Origin: Hyphochytrium catenoides
Taxonomy: Eukaryota > Protista > Hyphochytriomycota
Direction: 5' to 3'
Length of the DNA: 62,061 bases
NCBI GenBank assembly: GCA_900088475.1
Contig: FLMG01000883.1
Coordinates: forward strand, 1-62,061
Made by a program: the position numbers and the translations under genes. A model generated the notes under the pieces. It was not told where the DNA came from and did no database searches. It was given only the letters and a program-made list of their open reading frames with translations. Each line of letters begins with the position of its first letter. The first letter of the stretch is position 1. Of this stretch, positions 1-16,744 are shown piece by piece.

Positions 1-480
1 GGCTCTGGCGGAGACCATATATCGACTTCTTCAACCTCCAGACGTGAATTTCTTGTCCAGGGGTTGCAAATCCCGGTGGTTGACGCATGTACACCTGCTC
101 GTCGAGATTATCGTTCAGGAAGGCGGCCTTGATAGTTGATGTGATGCACTTCTAGATCCAGCGTGGCGGCGAGCGAGAGAAGGCAGCGGACAGTGTCATG
201 CCCTATCACTGGAGCAAAGACCTCGCTAAAGTCAATACCTTGCTTCTGTCGATTGCGAAGAGCGACTAGACGTGCCTTGTACTTGTCCACTGAGCCATCG
301 CTATGCAACTTGACCCTAAAGTTCCATTGAGAGCCGATAAGATGAGCGCCGGGAGGTGGGGGGGCACTAGATCGTAAACCTCATGGAACTGCATTGATGT
401 AAGCTCTGAGGTAATGGCGGCTAGCCTTTCTGTGGCATGAGGTCCAGAGAGTGCCTCGCGGACTGTTTTCGGTTCAGAGA
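1..480 (-). pseudogene. Ty1/copia reverse transcriptase (RVT_2) fragment, frameshifted, truncated by window edge
   Basis: Across frames reads EPKTVREAL...VYDLV...KYKARLVA...QKQGIDFSEVFAPV...IKAAFLN..LDEQVYMRQPPGF...RLKKSIYGLRQS, canonical copia RT motifs. Confidence 0.93.
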
Positions 481-496
481 CATGCAGAAGATAACC

Positions 497-827
497 TGAT
501 AAACTTACAGAGCTGGTGGCAATGCCTGAGGCTTCTGTATGAGCACAATATAGATGAAACGATAACAAAGAAGGGACTGGGTATTGATCTATGATTGAGA
601 TTTCTCTGAATGATTGCTGAGTCCTGAGAGTCATCTCGAGATGTTTGCTCGGCCCAGCTTCCCTCATCATCTCTCTCCTCTGCTGTTCCTGTGTTCTTCT
701 GGAAATTCGTCTCACATCCCTCTTCCCCATAACACAGGTGTACCCGTAATGTCTATGTCCCTGAGAGCTAGGTGTGTATAGAGAGTGACTACTGTACTAC
801 TGACAACGAACATTGTAGCACTCAACA
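497..827 (-). mobile_element. LTR (family A, ~330 bp, TGTTGAG...TTTATCA) inserted in the gag zinc knuckle
   Basis: Reverse-complement copy of 1584-1924; TG...CA ends; followed on the minus strand by GGTTAT (start of a copia-type PBS); no TSD, and PR/IN are missing at this junction. Confidence 0.85.
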
Positions 828-1583
828 CATTGCAATGAGGACAAGGATTGCGTCATCCTTTTCCGGGATCTCCTTTTTTCTGAGGATCCAGGCGTTCGGT
901 GGGATAAGCTCCTCTTTCACCAGTAGTAGCCTCCTGCTGCGCAGCTACAGCTCTACGGCGGTTAATAATCTCATTGATGAGAATCTCTTCCACTTGATCA
1001 GCAGTCAGAGTGCCAGTGCCGCGGACCTGTATTGCTTCCACAGTGCCTCGAAATGATACTGGCAACCCCATTAGGATGGTTGCAATGAGGAGCTTGTCAC
1101 TGAAGTCTTCGTTGGTCATCATCTCTTTGAGCAAATCGCATTGTCTGCGTTGTTCATTCAGGAAGGTTCTTAGATCATCTCCATCCCTATGTTTGTTGGT
1201 AAGGAAAGAGATGAGGGTTGCCACAATATTGTTGACATTGCGGCTCTCGAACTCCTCTTGCAGTTTCAACCATGCCTCCCTGGCAGTTCCCTTCCTTGGT
1301 AAAAAGCGCACGAGGTTGTCGGACACGGCAAGGACAATCTTGTTGTAGGCTTTCTTGTCATCCCTGAGCCATTTTGAGTCCTGTTCACGTCCTGCATTTC
1401 TCTTGTCCTCCTTTTTAGTGTCCGCTGTAGAGGCTCCAGAGGGTTCCGGATCCGTAATGTGGTCCAGTGGACCTAGCTCATTCAGATAGGCTTCCATTTT
1501 GACACTCCAGATAGGGTAGCCGTCTCGTTCTTGATGTTGGATTATATGGAATGATTGGACAATGTCATTAGATGAGACTGCTC
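828..1583 (-). pseudogene. Ty1/copia gag (Retrotran_gag_2/UBN2-like)
   Basis: YPIWSVKMEAYL...DDKKAYNKIVLAVSD...TAREAWLKLQEEF...ILMGLPVSF; after an in-frame TGA it continues RNPCPHCN (start of the CCHC knuckle) up to the LTR. Confidence 0.88.
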
Positions 1584-1924
1584 TGTTGAGTGCTACAATG
1601 TTCGTTGTCAGTAGTACAATAGTCACTCTCTGTACACACCTAGCTCTCAGGGACATAGACGTTACGGGTACACCTGTGTTATGGGAAAGAGGGATGTGAG
1701 AAGAATTTCCAGAAGAACACAGGAGCAGCACAGGAGAGAGATATGATGAGGGTAAGCTGGGCCGAGCAAAAGATCTCGAGTCCAGACCAGGCTCTCAGGA
1801 CTGAGTGATCATTCATAGACATCTCCATCACACATCAATACCAAGTCCCTTTGTTATCTTTTCAGCTAGATTGTGCTCATACCGAAGCTTCAGGCATTGC
1901 CACCCAGCTCTGTAAAGTTCATCA
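1584..1924 (+). mobile_element. Solo LTR (family A) with 5-bp target-site duplication TGCTC
   Basis: Begins TGTTGAG, ends TTCATCA; TGCTC at 1579-1583 and 1925-1929; second copy at 497-827. Confidence 0.9.
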
Positions 1925-1944
1925 TGCTCTACTTATAAGCCCAA

Positions 1945-2215
1945 CTGGGGTCCCATAATCTAGAGCTATTCTGACTATGCCAACTATTCCTAATAAACCC
2001 TAAGATTTTCAGTCATAGAGAAATTTCTGTCTAGAACAGTCACTCCTGAAGGTATTCCGGGGTACTGACCATAAGCCATAGATATAAACAGGGACATTTC
2101 GTTTGCTTCATATCTCGGCTTCTACTGGGAGTTTAGACCTGAAAGTTGGGTAGTTAAGCTTGCCAGCTTGTAGTCCACATAGCTGTGCCCTCAGACTCCA
2201 ACACCTCCCCGCAGC
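1945..2215 (-). mobile_element. Putative host copia LTR (family B, ~1961-2203) with upstream PPT and downstream PBS-like motif
   Basis: Minus strand: GCTGCGGGGAGG (PPT-like) | TGTTGGAG...GCTCTA | GATTATGGGACCCCAG (resembles the copia half-tRNAiMet PBS GGTTATGGGCCCAG), directly upstream of gag. Confidence 0.55.
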
Positions 2216-2340
2216 TCGAACTCCCTATTATGAAGGGTCGAAGCTGAACATTCAACCTTGAAGCTTGTTGATGGATAGAGTTCCTGAGGTTTGAGAGTCC
2301 ATTTTCTCTGAAAGTAGAGGGGATACGGGAGTTTTGATTG

Positions 2341-2666
2341 CAGGATCGTAATGCCGTAAAAAACTGGATATTCCGGTATAATGCTAATTTTGACAAAATG
2401 TCATAATGGTGCTCCAAATGGTGTCAAATAAGGTATATTGCACACCGCAGACAGATATAATTGACAGGTTGTTTGGAATTAAGAGCTTTGGCTGTCAATT
2501 CAGGAAAATGTCAAGTATGGTCAATTACTATCAAATATCCTGTCAAATATCGGGATAATTGACAAAGATTTGTCGATAATTGACCCAAAGCTGGCAAATT
2601 GACTCCGTTCAGTATGAATTTTGAACTGGGGACGGTAACGGCAATGATCTCCGGTTTTCGATCCTG
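2341..2666. mobile_element. Possible non-autonomous DNA transposon relic
   Basis: Terminal inverted CAGGATCG...CGATCCTG; AT-rich interior with about ten TTGAC/GTCAA motifs; no clear TSD. Confidence 0.35.
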
Positions 2667-3795
2667 GAGGAGCGTTGGATACTTCAGGGGGTAGTCTTGT
2701 TCTTGGTCTTGGTTTGGTTGGTCCAGAGAGCTCGCTGAAGTCCTGGAGGAAGCGTGGGCCGATAACCTGTTATATTGTATGGGATTTGAAGACACTCTTA
2801 TTTGGGTTATGTGGTCTACTAACTGATATGCTCGAAGTGAGCATGAAGGGCTTATGGGACCTTGTTTCCTAGTTATCACGTTGTCTAGTTGTTCTGGAGA
2901 GTAACTGTGTCTCGTATAAACTTACTAGACCCAGTTACTACTTCTTGACGTCGCATGATGACTTACCTTATGATAATAACCTAGTTATCATAACTCTGAA
3001 ACATTTTGCTTTGTACCTTCTTCCTCTCGTCAGATTTGAGTCTAGAACTGTGAGCCTTTTAGAGCTCTTGTCAGCTTCTGCTCTCAACAACAGTGCTTGT
3101 ATCAAATCGTTCGTGTGTATCCCATCCGCTTTGGACGGCAGTTCTGCCTAAAACTGACTGTCGAACAGATGGGTCACACTCACATTGCTGTTGGAGGGCG
3201 TCAGATTGAGCCAAACTGACGTCACAAACGGCTGTTAGCGGCACTTTCGATCGTTTACAGGCAGAAAGTAAGGGACCCAAAACTGATCAAGCCGACAGGC
3301 CCAATCTACTATTTGATGGACAAGAACACCTAAATCAGTGGAAGTGGATGCGTACAAGCGCTTTTTAGCAGAGATTGATGGGAAGGGAGAGCGATGATTA
3401 AGGGCCGGATGTGCATAACATTAGGTAAGAAAGCAGAATGCTCATGGAAGAAAGTGGAGATATGAGACTGAGAGGGGACAAGAGACATAGAAGTGGAGAT
3501 TACAAAGAGAAACGAAGCAAGAAATGCTAGCAGCAGTATGTTGAGTGCTATGCAGCTATATGATGGAAGTCTGTATGCAGCTATATATGTATAGAGAGCG
3601 AAAATGACGGAAAGCGGGGGAGAGGAGAGGAGAAAGACTGAGAACTAACAAGCCCACTTCTTTATGACAGATCTGGGGCTCTAGTAGTTGTGCGAGTTAC
3701 ACATTAAGGCTAGGGCACTTTGAGTCCGACATTGCAATAGGAAAAGCACATGTGCTCTAGTAAGGCAGGCTATATATGCTTACTGATGTGCTAAC

Positions 3796-3943
3796 TGACC
3801 TCATAGCGCCGCCCTCATTGCTTTTATACCCTGTGACTCTGTCTTTCTGCTACCCTTCCTTTGACCTCTAATGACCTTATAGCGCCGCCCTCGTTGCCTT
3901 AATGCCGGGTGACTGTCTTTCTGCTACCCTTCCTTCAACCTCT
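3796..3943. repeat. Two-copy ~75-bp tandem duplication
   Basis: TGACCTCATAGCGCCGCCCTC...CTGCTACCCTTCCTT..ACCTCTA occurs twice in tandem. Confidence 0.8.
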
Positions 3944-4171
3944 ACCTCTTTCTCCTCCAACACCTATCCAAGTCCTAACTTATCAGTCTTTCTTGCTCCC
4001 TTCTGCCTGACCCATTCGCTTCGAGAGCTCGCCAAAGAGGTCAGTCAGAGAAGCCTTTTCAAGAATCTCCGCTGCAAGCCGGCCAGCGATACAGAGAGCC
4101 AGTGAGGGAGAGAGAGAGAGACAGTTGGATGTCGTCAGAGGAAGGATATCGAAGAACAAGGCCAATGGAAA

Positions 4172-8368
<4,197 letters not shown>

Positions 8369-9189
8369 CCTTTCCTTCCACTTATTTCCTTATCTCTAAT
8401 GCTTTACTTATGATTCCTTACTCTGATACCTGTTCGCCGGTCTCTGGTGACGGCGTTAGGTGCACTTCGTAATGGAGGAAGTGAGACAGCTCCTGAGATT
8501 GGAGAGAGGAGGAGAGGCGGGGAAAGAGGGGAGAGTGTGCGGACCTGAAAGAGAGAGAGAGAGAAGAGAGCAAAGAGAGGAAGAAGGAAGAGACAGCGCA
8601 TGGATTGCCCTGCTTCTGATGGCTTGACCTGTAAAGCTTAGAAAGATACTTCTTTTCATTCTCTCTCTCTCTCTGTGCCTCTGTCTCCAGATCAACTCTG
8701 TGTGGATCTATCAAGCTTTTTCTATCTCTACTTGGCCCGCCCTCTGTCTCCCTGGTACATCCGCACAAGTGGTAGCTCTCCGTATCTCGCGATTCCCTCT
8801 GTCTCATCTGATTAGCTAAGATGCTTGCTCCCTTGTCTTTGTACACCAACTTGCTGGTCGATTTTTGGTACAGGAGGCCCGGGCCTCTACCCGGGACTCT
8901 CTGTGAAGAGCCAACATTATCCACCAGATAGCTCCTTAAACAACCCGAGTCTTCTCAATTTCTTAGAGGGGTAAATAAGGTGGATGTTGGTCTTCTTGGC
9001 TCCAAGATCTCGAATATAACTCGTGAATCACAGGACATGTCTAACATAGACAGAGGGAACCCAGCGCACGGGCCCGAGTCACTACATTGAGCTGTCCTGT
9101 CTATCTCCCAGTCACCTCTGGTTCCGCACTTTCAGACCGAAGAGGCAGTCAGAGTGTGGCTGCTGCTGACTTGCTCCTCTCTCTCTCTC

Positions 9190-9215
9190 NNNNNNNNNNN
9201 NNNNNNNNNNNNNNN
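9190..9215. other. Assembly gap (26 N) within a (CT)n tract
   Basis: Run of n characters. Confidence 1.
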
Positions 9216-10383
9216 TTTCTCTCTCTCTTCTCTCTCTCTCTCTTCTCTCTCTCTCCTTTTCTCTCTCTCTCTTTCTCTCTCTCTCGCTCCTGTCGCTCTT
9301 TCTTGCTTTCTCTCTCCCCATCAACAAACAATCCATGTTGCGTGTTGCAGCAGGGCACCCAGGCGCTATCATTCTTTATACTCCTCCAGGAAGAAAAGCA
9401 TCAAAGACAGAGAGAAGAAGAGGTGGAGAAGACCAAGTAGACATAGACTCGTTAGCAACAAAGAGGAGGAGGACAGAGGAGAGAAGGTAGGAAGGTTCAG
9501 AAGGACAATGAAGAAGAAAAGATGAGAAACAAGTAAACAGAGAAAGAAGAAGAAGAAGAGAGAAGGATGACCGCTACGAAGAGGAAGCATCATCACGAAA
9601 GAAAGAGGAAGGAAATAGATAGACAAACCAAGCACTAGGAGCTCTGTGACCCCTCTTCAGCCTTGCTTCAGTCCCATCTTCTGCTGCGGAATTTATAGAG
9701 GGAGAAAGCTGCTGAGACAAAAACAAGAATCATGACTGTCTCTTTCCTTTTACAAAAATAAGAAAGCTTAGCAGAGGCAAACCCGTCCATTGTTTATTCC
9801 TTATTTGTGGCTGCTATACAGGGATCGGCGGGAGGTAGGCAGATAATATATGATGAGGGCTGCGTGACCGCTGATCGATGATGAGGAGGAGCTGGCTGGT
9901 GATGGAAGGAAGAAGAGTTCATCACCGATAGAAAGATCTTTCCCTTTCAAGTTTGAAAGAAGAAAGTGCCACTAGCGAGCAGGAGAAAGAAGAGAAAGAA
10001 GGCAAGGATGTGTACAGAAGAAGAAGAAGGGTGGAGGAGCGGGAGAAGAGAAAAGAGAACTAATGCAGCTCACTCTGTGCGGCGCTGATGCAGATGAAGC
10101 TCACGGATATCGGTTTGACCCTTCCTAGTAGGATATAGACCAACTTACTAGCCTTATTAGCGGAACAAAGGCTGAAAATCGAGTAGAGAGGGTAACATCA
10201 AACGCCTGGACTAGCACCAGCAAATACTGAGTTCTTATTATGCCGTTCTCCATGGCTCTAACTCTTTCTAAAAGAGAAAGAGTTACAATTCTCTTATACT
10301 CTCTTCCCTCTCTCTCTCCCTCTCTCTTTTACCCTCGTTTTGTCGTCCTTTGATGGCGACAGGTTGTTCCCGCTGCTACGTGC

Positions 10384-11016
10384 TCAGTGGCCTTCTGCTG
10401 CTGTCACTCCCTCTTCAATTATCTGTCCTTTCTCTCCAATGACTGGAAGATGGCGATCAGGCCGTTGGAAGCTTCTGATCTCGGACTGGCCGTGCACATG
10501 CACGCTGGCAACAACACGACCTGGGCTGTCCAGCGTCCCCACTGTTACGGCCATCCAGGGCCTCGGTTCACACTGATACGTCAAGCTTGAGCCACAGGCC
10601 GCACAGTGAGTGCGTGAGACAGAGGTGGAAGAGTGGTAGACGGCTGGCTCTCCCTTGGTAAATCTGAAGGCCGAGGGAAGCATGGGAAGAAGAGTCGTCC
10701 AAAGAGACCCAACGGAGACGCGACAGTCTGTGCACATGCAGTGTGCCGTGTGCGTAGGGAAAGGGAGAGAGTGAGGTGTCTCTTTGTTTTTCTCAGATGC
10801 GATAGGGAGTGAGTCCTTGTCTCCGAAGATGCTTCTAAACTCTTCGATGTCAAAGGCTGCAGGGTCTGACACTGTGATCTCATAGCGAATGGCACCACAA
10901 TGGCAACCGCCTTCCAAGGGAGGAAGAGAAGAGAAGGAGGAAGGAAGAAGTTCCTCTCCATTTCCTCCTGCTGCTGCAGCAGCGTTTCTAGAGTTTGCCT
11001 GTTCCGTTCCAGTCAT
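10384..11016 (-). CDS. GFA (glutathione-dependent formaldehyde-activating)/CENP-V family zinc protein
   Basis: EGGCHCGAIRY, HCMCTDCR, RTHCAACGSSL and VTVGTLD motifs; intronless 210 aa. Confidence 0.9.
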   Translation of the reverse strand: MTGTEQANSRNAAAAAGGNGEELLPSSFSSLPPLEGGCHCGAIRYEITVSDPAAFDIEEFRSIFGDKDSLPIASEKNKETPHSLPFPTHTAHCMCTDCRVSVGSLWTTLLPMLPSAFRFTKGEPAVYHSSTSVSRTHCAACGSSLTYQCEPRPWMAVTVGTLDSPGRVVASVHVHGQSEIRSFQRPDRHLPVIGEKGQIIEEGVTAAEGH

Positions 11017-11046
11017 GATTCCTCTTCAGTCGTTTGCCCCTTCTCT

Positions 11047-11950
11047 TTAGATCGATGATACTGTCTCTTCTTCTCTTAGTAAACAACTTGTGGCTATGTA
11101 GGCTTCCAAATGTGCATGTGGCGCTGAAAGTTTGACAATGGGCAGCAGCAGGAGGACTCGCCGTCGGATTGAAGAAGGAAGAAGGTCACAGAGCTGGTAC
11201 ACATAAACAACAAGGAAGAGGAAGAGACCGTGGGCTTCATGCTCATTGTAAAGAGACAGTGGCATAGAGGAGGACGAGCACTGGGAAGAGAGAGAAGAAG
11301 AGAGAGAGTCATCAGAAGATGAAGGAGGAAGAAGGGCCATGTGCGGTAGAGACGATCAGGTGTCAATAGCAGCAGAAGTGCCAGACCATATCTTCTATTC
11401 GAAGCCTGTCCACTACCTTCAAGAGGTTGATGATGAGCAGCGGGCCCCATGAATGTTTGTCTCTAAAATAAGATCCATCATCTCTCTTCTCTTCTCTCGT
11501 CCATAATTGTCTCTCTTTGCCCTCCTCCGCCGCCTCATCTATTTCTCTCTTCTTCTCAGTCATCAGCACAATAGGCCAGAAGAAGAACGATGATGGAGGA
11601 GAAGTAAGACACAGAGCAGGAGTTAGAAACGACAGAAACAAAGAGGAAGAGGCTCAGTATGTCAGGGGAGATACAGTTGTTAGAGGAGGACAACATGGTA
11701 GCAAGGGTTGTTGGGGAAGTAGAAAAAAGTTAGCAGGAAGAGAAGGTGATGAGGAGTTGGTGGTCGACATGCGTGGAAAAGAAAGAGAAGAGCACTTCGC
11801 CATCATTCTTCTTCGTCATCATCGGCCTGCTGGCCTGTTAACTTCTTCTCTTCCTCCTCCACTATGCTTCCACTGACAGCGGGTAATAACTATATGGCGC
11901 TATGGCGACAGAGAGAGAAGCCTAATGCTTCAGTCATGTTGCCACATCTC
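11047..11950 (-). pseudogene. Highly degraded multipass membrane gene, possibly a distant paralog of 38760/49648
   Basis: Hydrophobic stretches alternate with an E/K loop over several frames; weak echoes (STH, LC..L..E.HGLFL) of the family motifs. Confidence 0.25.
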
Positions 11951-12201
11951 TTCTTCTCTTTCCCTCTTTCCCTCTTGAGAAGGGAGGACCATCAAGGGTA
12001 GGACGGGAGGAGGAAGGAGGAGGAGGAAGATGCGATTATGGAGGCGGCGGGAGAGTGATGGTCAAGCGTTTCTCCTGTTCTCTCTCCTGTCCTAACAGAC
12101 CGCTAACGGAGGTATTGTAGAGGCATCAAAAAACAAGCAACGGGATGGGATGTTTGATGACGACAAGCCCTCACAGCCTTGCGGCGAGAGAGAGAGAGGG
12201 G

Positions 12202-12235
<34 letters not shown>

Positions 12236-13202
12236 GGGAGAGAGAGAGAGAGAGAAAGAGAGATGGATAGATAGAGAAAAGAGAAAAGGATGTAAAACCA
12301 CGGGACAAAATTGAGCAAAGCGGGAGGATTGCGGCCAGAGTGAGAGAGAGGCAACTGAGACAAGATGGAAAGAAGAAAGAAGACGGCAGGAGGTCTCGTC
12401 CAAGTGTAAGAGAAACAGCAGCAACCAGACACGACAAGCGTAACATGTGTAGATCATTTGAGAAAGCTGCTCAGTCTCTCCTCCTGCAGCCACGATCAAG
12501 CAGTTAATGGTTTGTCTCTTAGGCGGGACAGCGGTACTTACGCTTCTTCCAGCTTACACTGAGGGACGACACATGAGCAGGAGTAAGAAGAAGTAGTCGA
12601 TCAAAGCTCAATCAGTTTATATCTGTGGATTGGTGGCAAAGCTTTATAAAGAGTTTCTTTTGCGCTCTGCCTGTCTGTCTGTCGGCAGAGCAAAAAAAGA
12701 GGAAAGATTGGGTCCTTATCCCATGCTATGTACAAGCGCTAACTTTTAGACTAACAAGTCAAGGAAAGAGGATGGGCTCGGCCTCTATCGGCCGTCCTCC
12801 ACCGGTAGAGTGCTAGCTTCGAGAAAGGCCCCAGTCCATCGACAGGAAGAGAAAGAGAGAGAGAGATAGAGAGGGCGATAAGAGAGAAGAAGAGAGACTT
12901 GCGTCTCAGTTGGGCACTGTTGCGTCGTCTCCAACAGTCACCCATTCTTGATGAAAAAGATTGGACAAATTAAAGGGGCCCGTGCGTTCCTGGAGATAGA
13001 AGTATCAGAACCTTGGTCTCTTTCTTTCCTGAGATAGCTTATCGCCGATATGGCGGGCCGGTAGTCAGTGCAGGATCCCACGGTCCAGTGCGTAGGAAGA
13101 GGCGGCGCGGAAGATGATAGGAGGAGAGAAGCAAGAAAGAGAGAGAGAGAGGTCCAAGTCTGCTCCTCGCCTTGGCCTCAATCGTCTCCTTGGCTGGTCC
13201 TT

Positions 13203-14604
13203 CTAAACGTGGATGCCATTGATCTTGTTATATCTTTGCCTTGCATAGTCCATCGCCATAGGGAGGCCACCTTGAGGATGAGGCAGCTCTGATCCCATCC
13301 CAGGCGGCGGGTTCGGTCCGTTATAATAGACCATGTTGCCACCATTGGCCTTCCAGGGATCGAAGAACAGAGAGATAAGCTCGTTGATGTTCCAAGGAGC
13401 CTCCTGATCGCCTTTCTGCTTATCAAAGATGAAGAAGAGAGAGCAAGAGAGCAGAAAGAGAGAGTGTGAGATGAGGACTATAAGTGACTGGGAAGAGGAG
13501 GTGGACATCAAGTGCGATCCACATAGCCGAAGAACAAGAGAGACGAGCACGATTAAGTACAAATAGAGAGTCGGAGAGGTATACCTAGAGGAAAGAGAAG
13601 AGAGAGAGAGAGAGATAGGCGACGTTCACCTGTGGCGGTCCATTGACCTCTACATTGATTGCCCTGGGCATCTGGTGCGGTGGTGGCGGAGCGTAGCTGT
13701 AAGGATACTGATAGGAGCCCGGTGGACCCATCGATAACATGGGGAAGCCCATGGTAGGCACTGAAGGCATCTCGCCCGTCATGGACACTGGGGAAGAGGA
13801 CGAAGGAGTCATCATCGCCTTTCCTGACCCATTTCTCAAACCTGCAGCCATCTTTCTCTCGCCGAGAGAGTGTGAAGACGTGGATGAAGGAGCAGAAGAG
13901 ACAGAGTGGGAGGAGTGATGCATGTGGCTGTGCAGATGGTGATGATGGGCAGAGGACCCGCCGTTGTGCGTATGCCCAACGCCGTTATTCCCACTATCAC
14001 GACTGGCGCCGCTGTGATGCTGTTGGCCATTGTGGTTCATGGCACTCATGGGCGGCATCAGCCCTCCACCGACGCCCAGGCCGCTGGTGCCAAGTGCCGC
14101 CGCCGTCTTCTTCTTTCTGCTTCTGATGTGCGCTCTGCAGAGACCTAGGGCATGAGTGCTCTTCATGCAGGTCGGGATATCACACTTTCGGAAACCGCCG
14201 TGTTTTTTGCACTTTCCTCCCACTTGGGCAGACTTTTCGCAGCCTGGGAAGGCGCAGCGCTTGCCCCCACCGTGCGTGATGCAGAAACCGCCGCCTGCAG
14301 CGTACAAGTTTTAGTCGTTAGAGTGGAAGCAACAGATTGAGAAGGCGAAAACTATCGCGGAGTTGGAACCGTCCCAGCCCGGAGAGCGAGAGAGAAAGGA
14401 TATCGAGCAGATTCTGAGCAGGATACACGCAATGGCGCGTTTGTCAGAGAGAAAGGAGGATCTATAAAGTGCTGATAACTCACCCTGATCACTCTTCTCA
14501 CAATTATCAAACGAGCAGCGCTTTCCTCCTCCATGAGCCTTGCAAAGACCCCGAGAGCGAATGCCTGAGGTACACCCAGGGAATCTGCAGGTTCTAGACT
14601 TCAT
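13203..14604 (-). CDS. WRKY19-like zinc-finger (C-x4-C...C-xx-HGGGKRC repeat) protein, 3 exons
   Basis: Exons ~14604-14484, 14294-13630 and ~13418-13203; repeats CRFPGC..GLCKAHGGGKRC, GFCITHGGGKRC, GKCKKHGGFRKC; His/Ser/Pro-rich tail; no WRKYGQK domain. Confidence 0.85.
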
Positions 14605-15030
14605 TCTTCCTTGCCAAATTGCGGCGGAGAGTTAGAAGAGAGAGAAAGTAGAAACGTAGGCCGAGAAAAGGACGATGAAGCTCTGAGCTCGCCTCTTTCA
14701 CTGGCTTCTAATGTGTCTTCTATAGCGGAGCCACGTATTGCCTTCACTATAAATCTCCTCTGCTCCGCAGCTTCTGACCTCGGCAGCCGTCACGGGAGGG
14801 TATCTAAACGTGAGAGAGAGGACAGCATAAACAGGAAATGGAGAAGAAATGAAGATTCAAAGTTCTTTCCCCGGTCGGCTACCTTCAGGTTGTGGACGAG
14901 TCAAGCGGAAAGCAGAACAGCTAATGATGGCCTCGCTCGGACGTCTGACTGCAGAGAGAGAGAGAGCCGCGGCATTGAGAAAGCCTACAGCGGAAAGGCG
15001 ATTGAAGGTCGCTCTGAAGAGATAGGGAAC

Positions 15031-15073
<43 letters not shown>

Positions 15074-15297
15074 CGAGGAGGGGGAGGTGCTGGGCTGTTT
15101 GTGAGACAGATGCGGTCTGAGTGATTAGAGGCGGCGACAGGGAGCGCGACGGGCCGAGAGCCTCTTTTGAAGCCAACGTTAAATTTTACCTGTCTAGTGA
15201 AAGTTTCGAGCGCCTCTTCCTCCAAACTCCAGCCTGTGATTTCTGCTGCAAATGTCTGAGACATGGGATAGGGCTGGGGCAAGGGGAGAAGAGGAAC

Positions 15298-15372
<75 letters not shown>

Positions 15373-16699
15373 TACTATTGCCGTTGGTACCGTACTAGCA
15401 AGGGAGTCACAAAAAAAAAGATATAGTCTAGGAAAACTATACTGAGGACGGGCAGTTGGGATCAAGGGGAGGAAGGGAGATACTCAGGCGACGAGAAAGA
15501 AACAATGACTGAAACTTTTCAAGACAGGAATATTCGTTCCTCGCCGTTCTTGTAAAACGGTAGACCGCCCAAGTTCATACAAAATAACAGAGGTGGGTGG
15601 TGCTAGATATCAGCGAGTCGGAGGAGCATTAACTATGGATTTGTTGGTACCTGGACATGATATACTGTTTTGCATACTTTCTCTACTGTTTTGTACTGTG
15701 ATACCAACGGAGCTCGTCAGGGACCCACCCACCCCCAAAGTGGATCATGTTTTTTCTTATTCTGACCACCCGTCCTTTCAAATTACAAGTTAAATGTCGC
15801 CCTACCCACCTTGTGAGGGGTGGAGCGGCTGAGAGGGGAAGCACTGCGGCGGTTAATAAAGAGCAAAGGAGAAGGTGCGACTGTAGATCCCGAAGGAAGG
15901 AACAAGGAGAGAGAAGAAAACGAAGAAAGAGAGCGAGAGGGAGAGGTAGAGCGGGAGAGAGAGAGGAGAGCGAGAGGGAGAGAGGAGAGCCAGAGAGAGA
16001 GGGAGAGAGTGTGTGTGTGAGAGAGAGAAAGAGGAGAGAGAGAGAGAGGGGAAGAGTGTGTGAGAGAGAGAGAGAGAGAGAAGGACAGAGCGAGAGAGAG
16101 GGAGAGAGAGTATGTGTGTGTGTGAGATAGAAAGAGAGAGAAGGAGAGAGCGAGAGAGAAGGGGAGAGAGTATGTGTGTGTGTGTGAGGGAGAGAGAGAG
16201 AGATGAGATGTATAGATAGGTAGGGAGGGAGAGAGAGGACAGAAAATGTAACACGTTTCTCTTATATTCCGGGACTTTCAAACGACCCAATGTCCTGTCG
16301 TTAGTTAGTTAGACAGAAGAAATATTTCCAATGGGCGGACTAAATTGAGTGGGTGCCTTTGTTTTCCCAAAAGAGAGAGAGAGAGAGAAGGAGAGGAAAG
16401 AGCGGCACAAGAGAGAAGAACTACTACTACTGACTTAGTTTTTCAAAATCAGGGGCCGCTCGTTGTCTTAGATGAGACAGGAGACCCTTCAACCTGGAGA
16501 ACTAGAAGAAAACGCAGGGAGAGGCAGGAGATCTTCGAGTTGAAGGAGAAGGGCGACATCGAAATAAGAGGTTGACGAGAGGAAAAGAAGAAGTTGATAC
16601 CACGAAGGTAGAGCGAGGAACAGAACGAAGAGACAGAAAGTGGGTAAGATGTGAAAGGTGGATAGGCAGGAAAGGGATGGGGAATGTATACTGAGAGGT

Positions 16700-16744
<45 letters not shown>

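Noticed and set aside
1584-1731. N-terminal part of the 292-aa ORF 853-1731 as real gag sequence
   Set aside because: It is read-through from the inserted solo LTR
3539-3790. Third LTR-A copy starting TGTTGAGTGCTA
   Set aside because: Only 12 bp match; no matching end or TSD found
13203-14604. True WRKY transcription factor acting on the TTGAC cluster at 2.4-2.6 kb
   Set aside because: The protein has only GGGKRC zinc-finger repeats and no WRKYGQK DNA-binding domain; the motif cluster is better explained as a TE relic
14857-16300. Many ER/SL-rich ORFs here and at 29.7-31.7, 36-38.5, 53-54.6 and 56.9-58.8 kb
   Set aside because: Translations of (AG/CT)n microsatellites, which lack stop codons by composition
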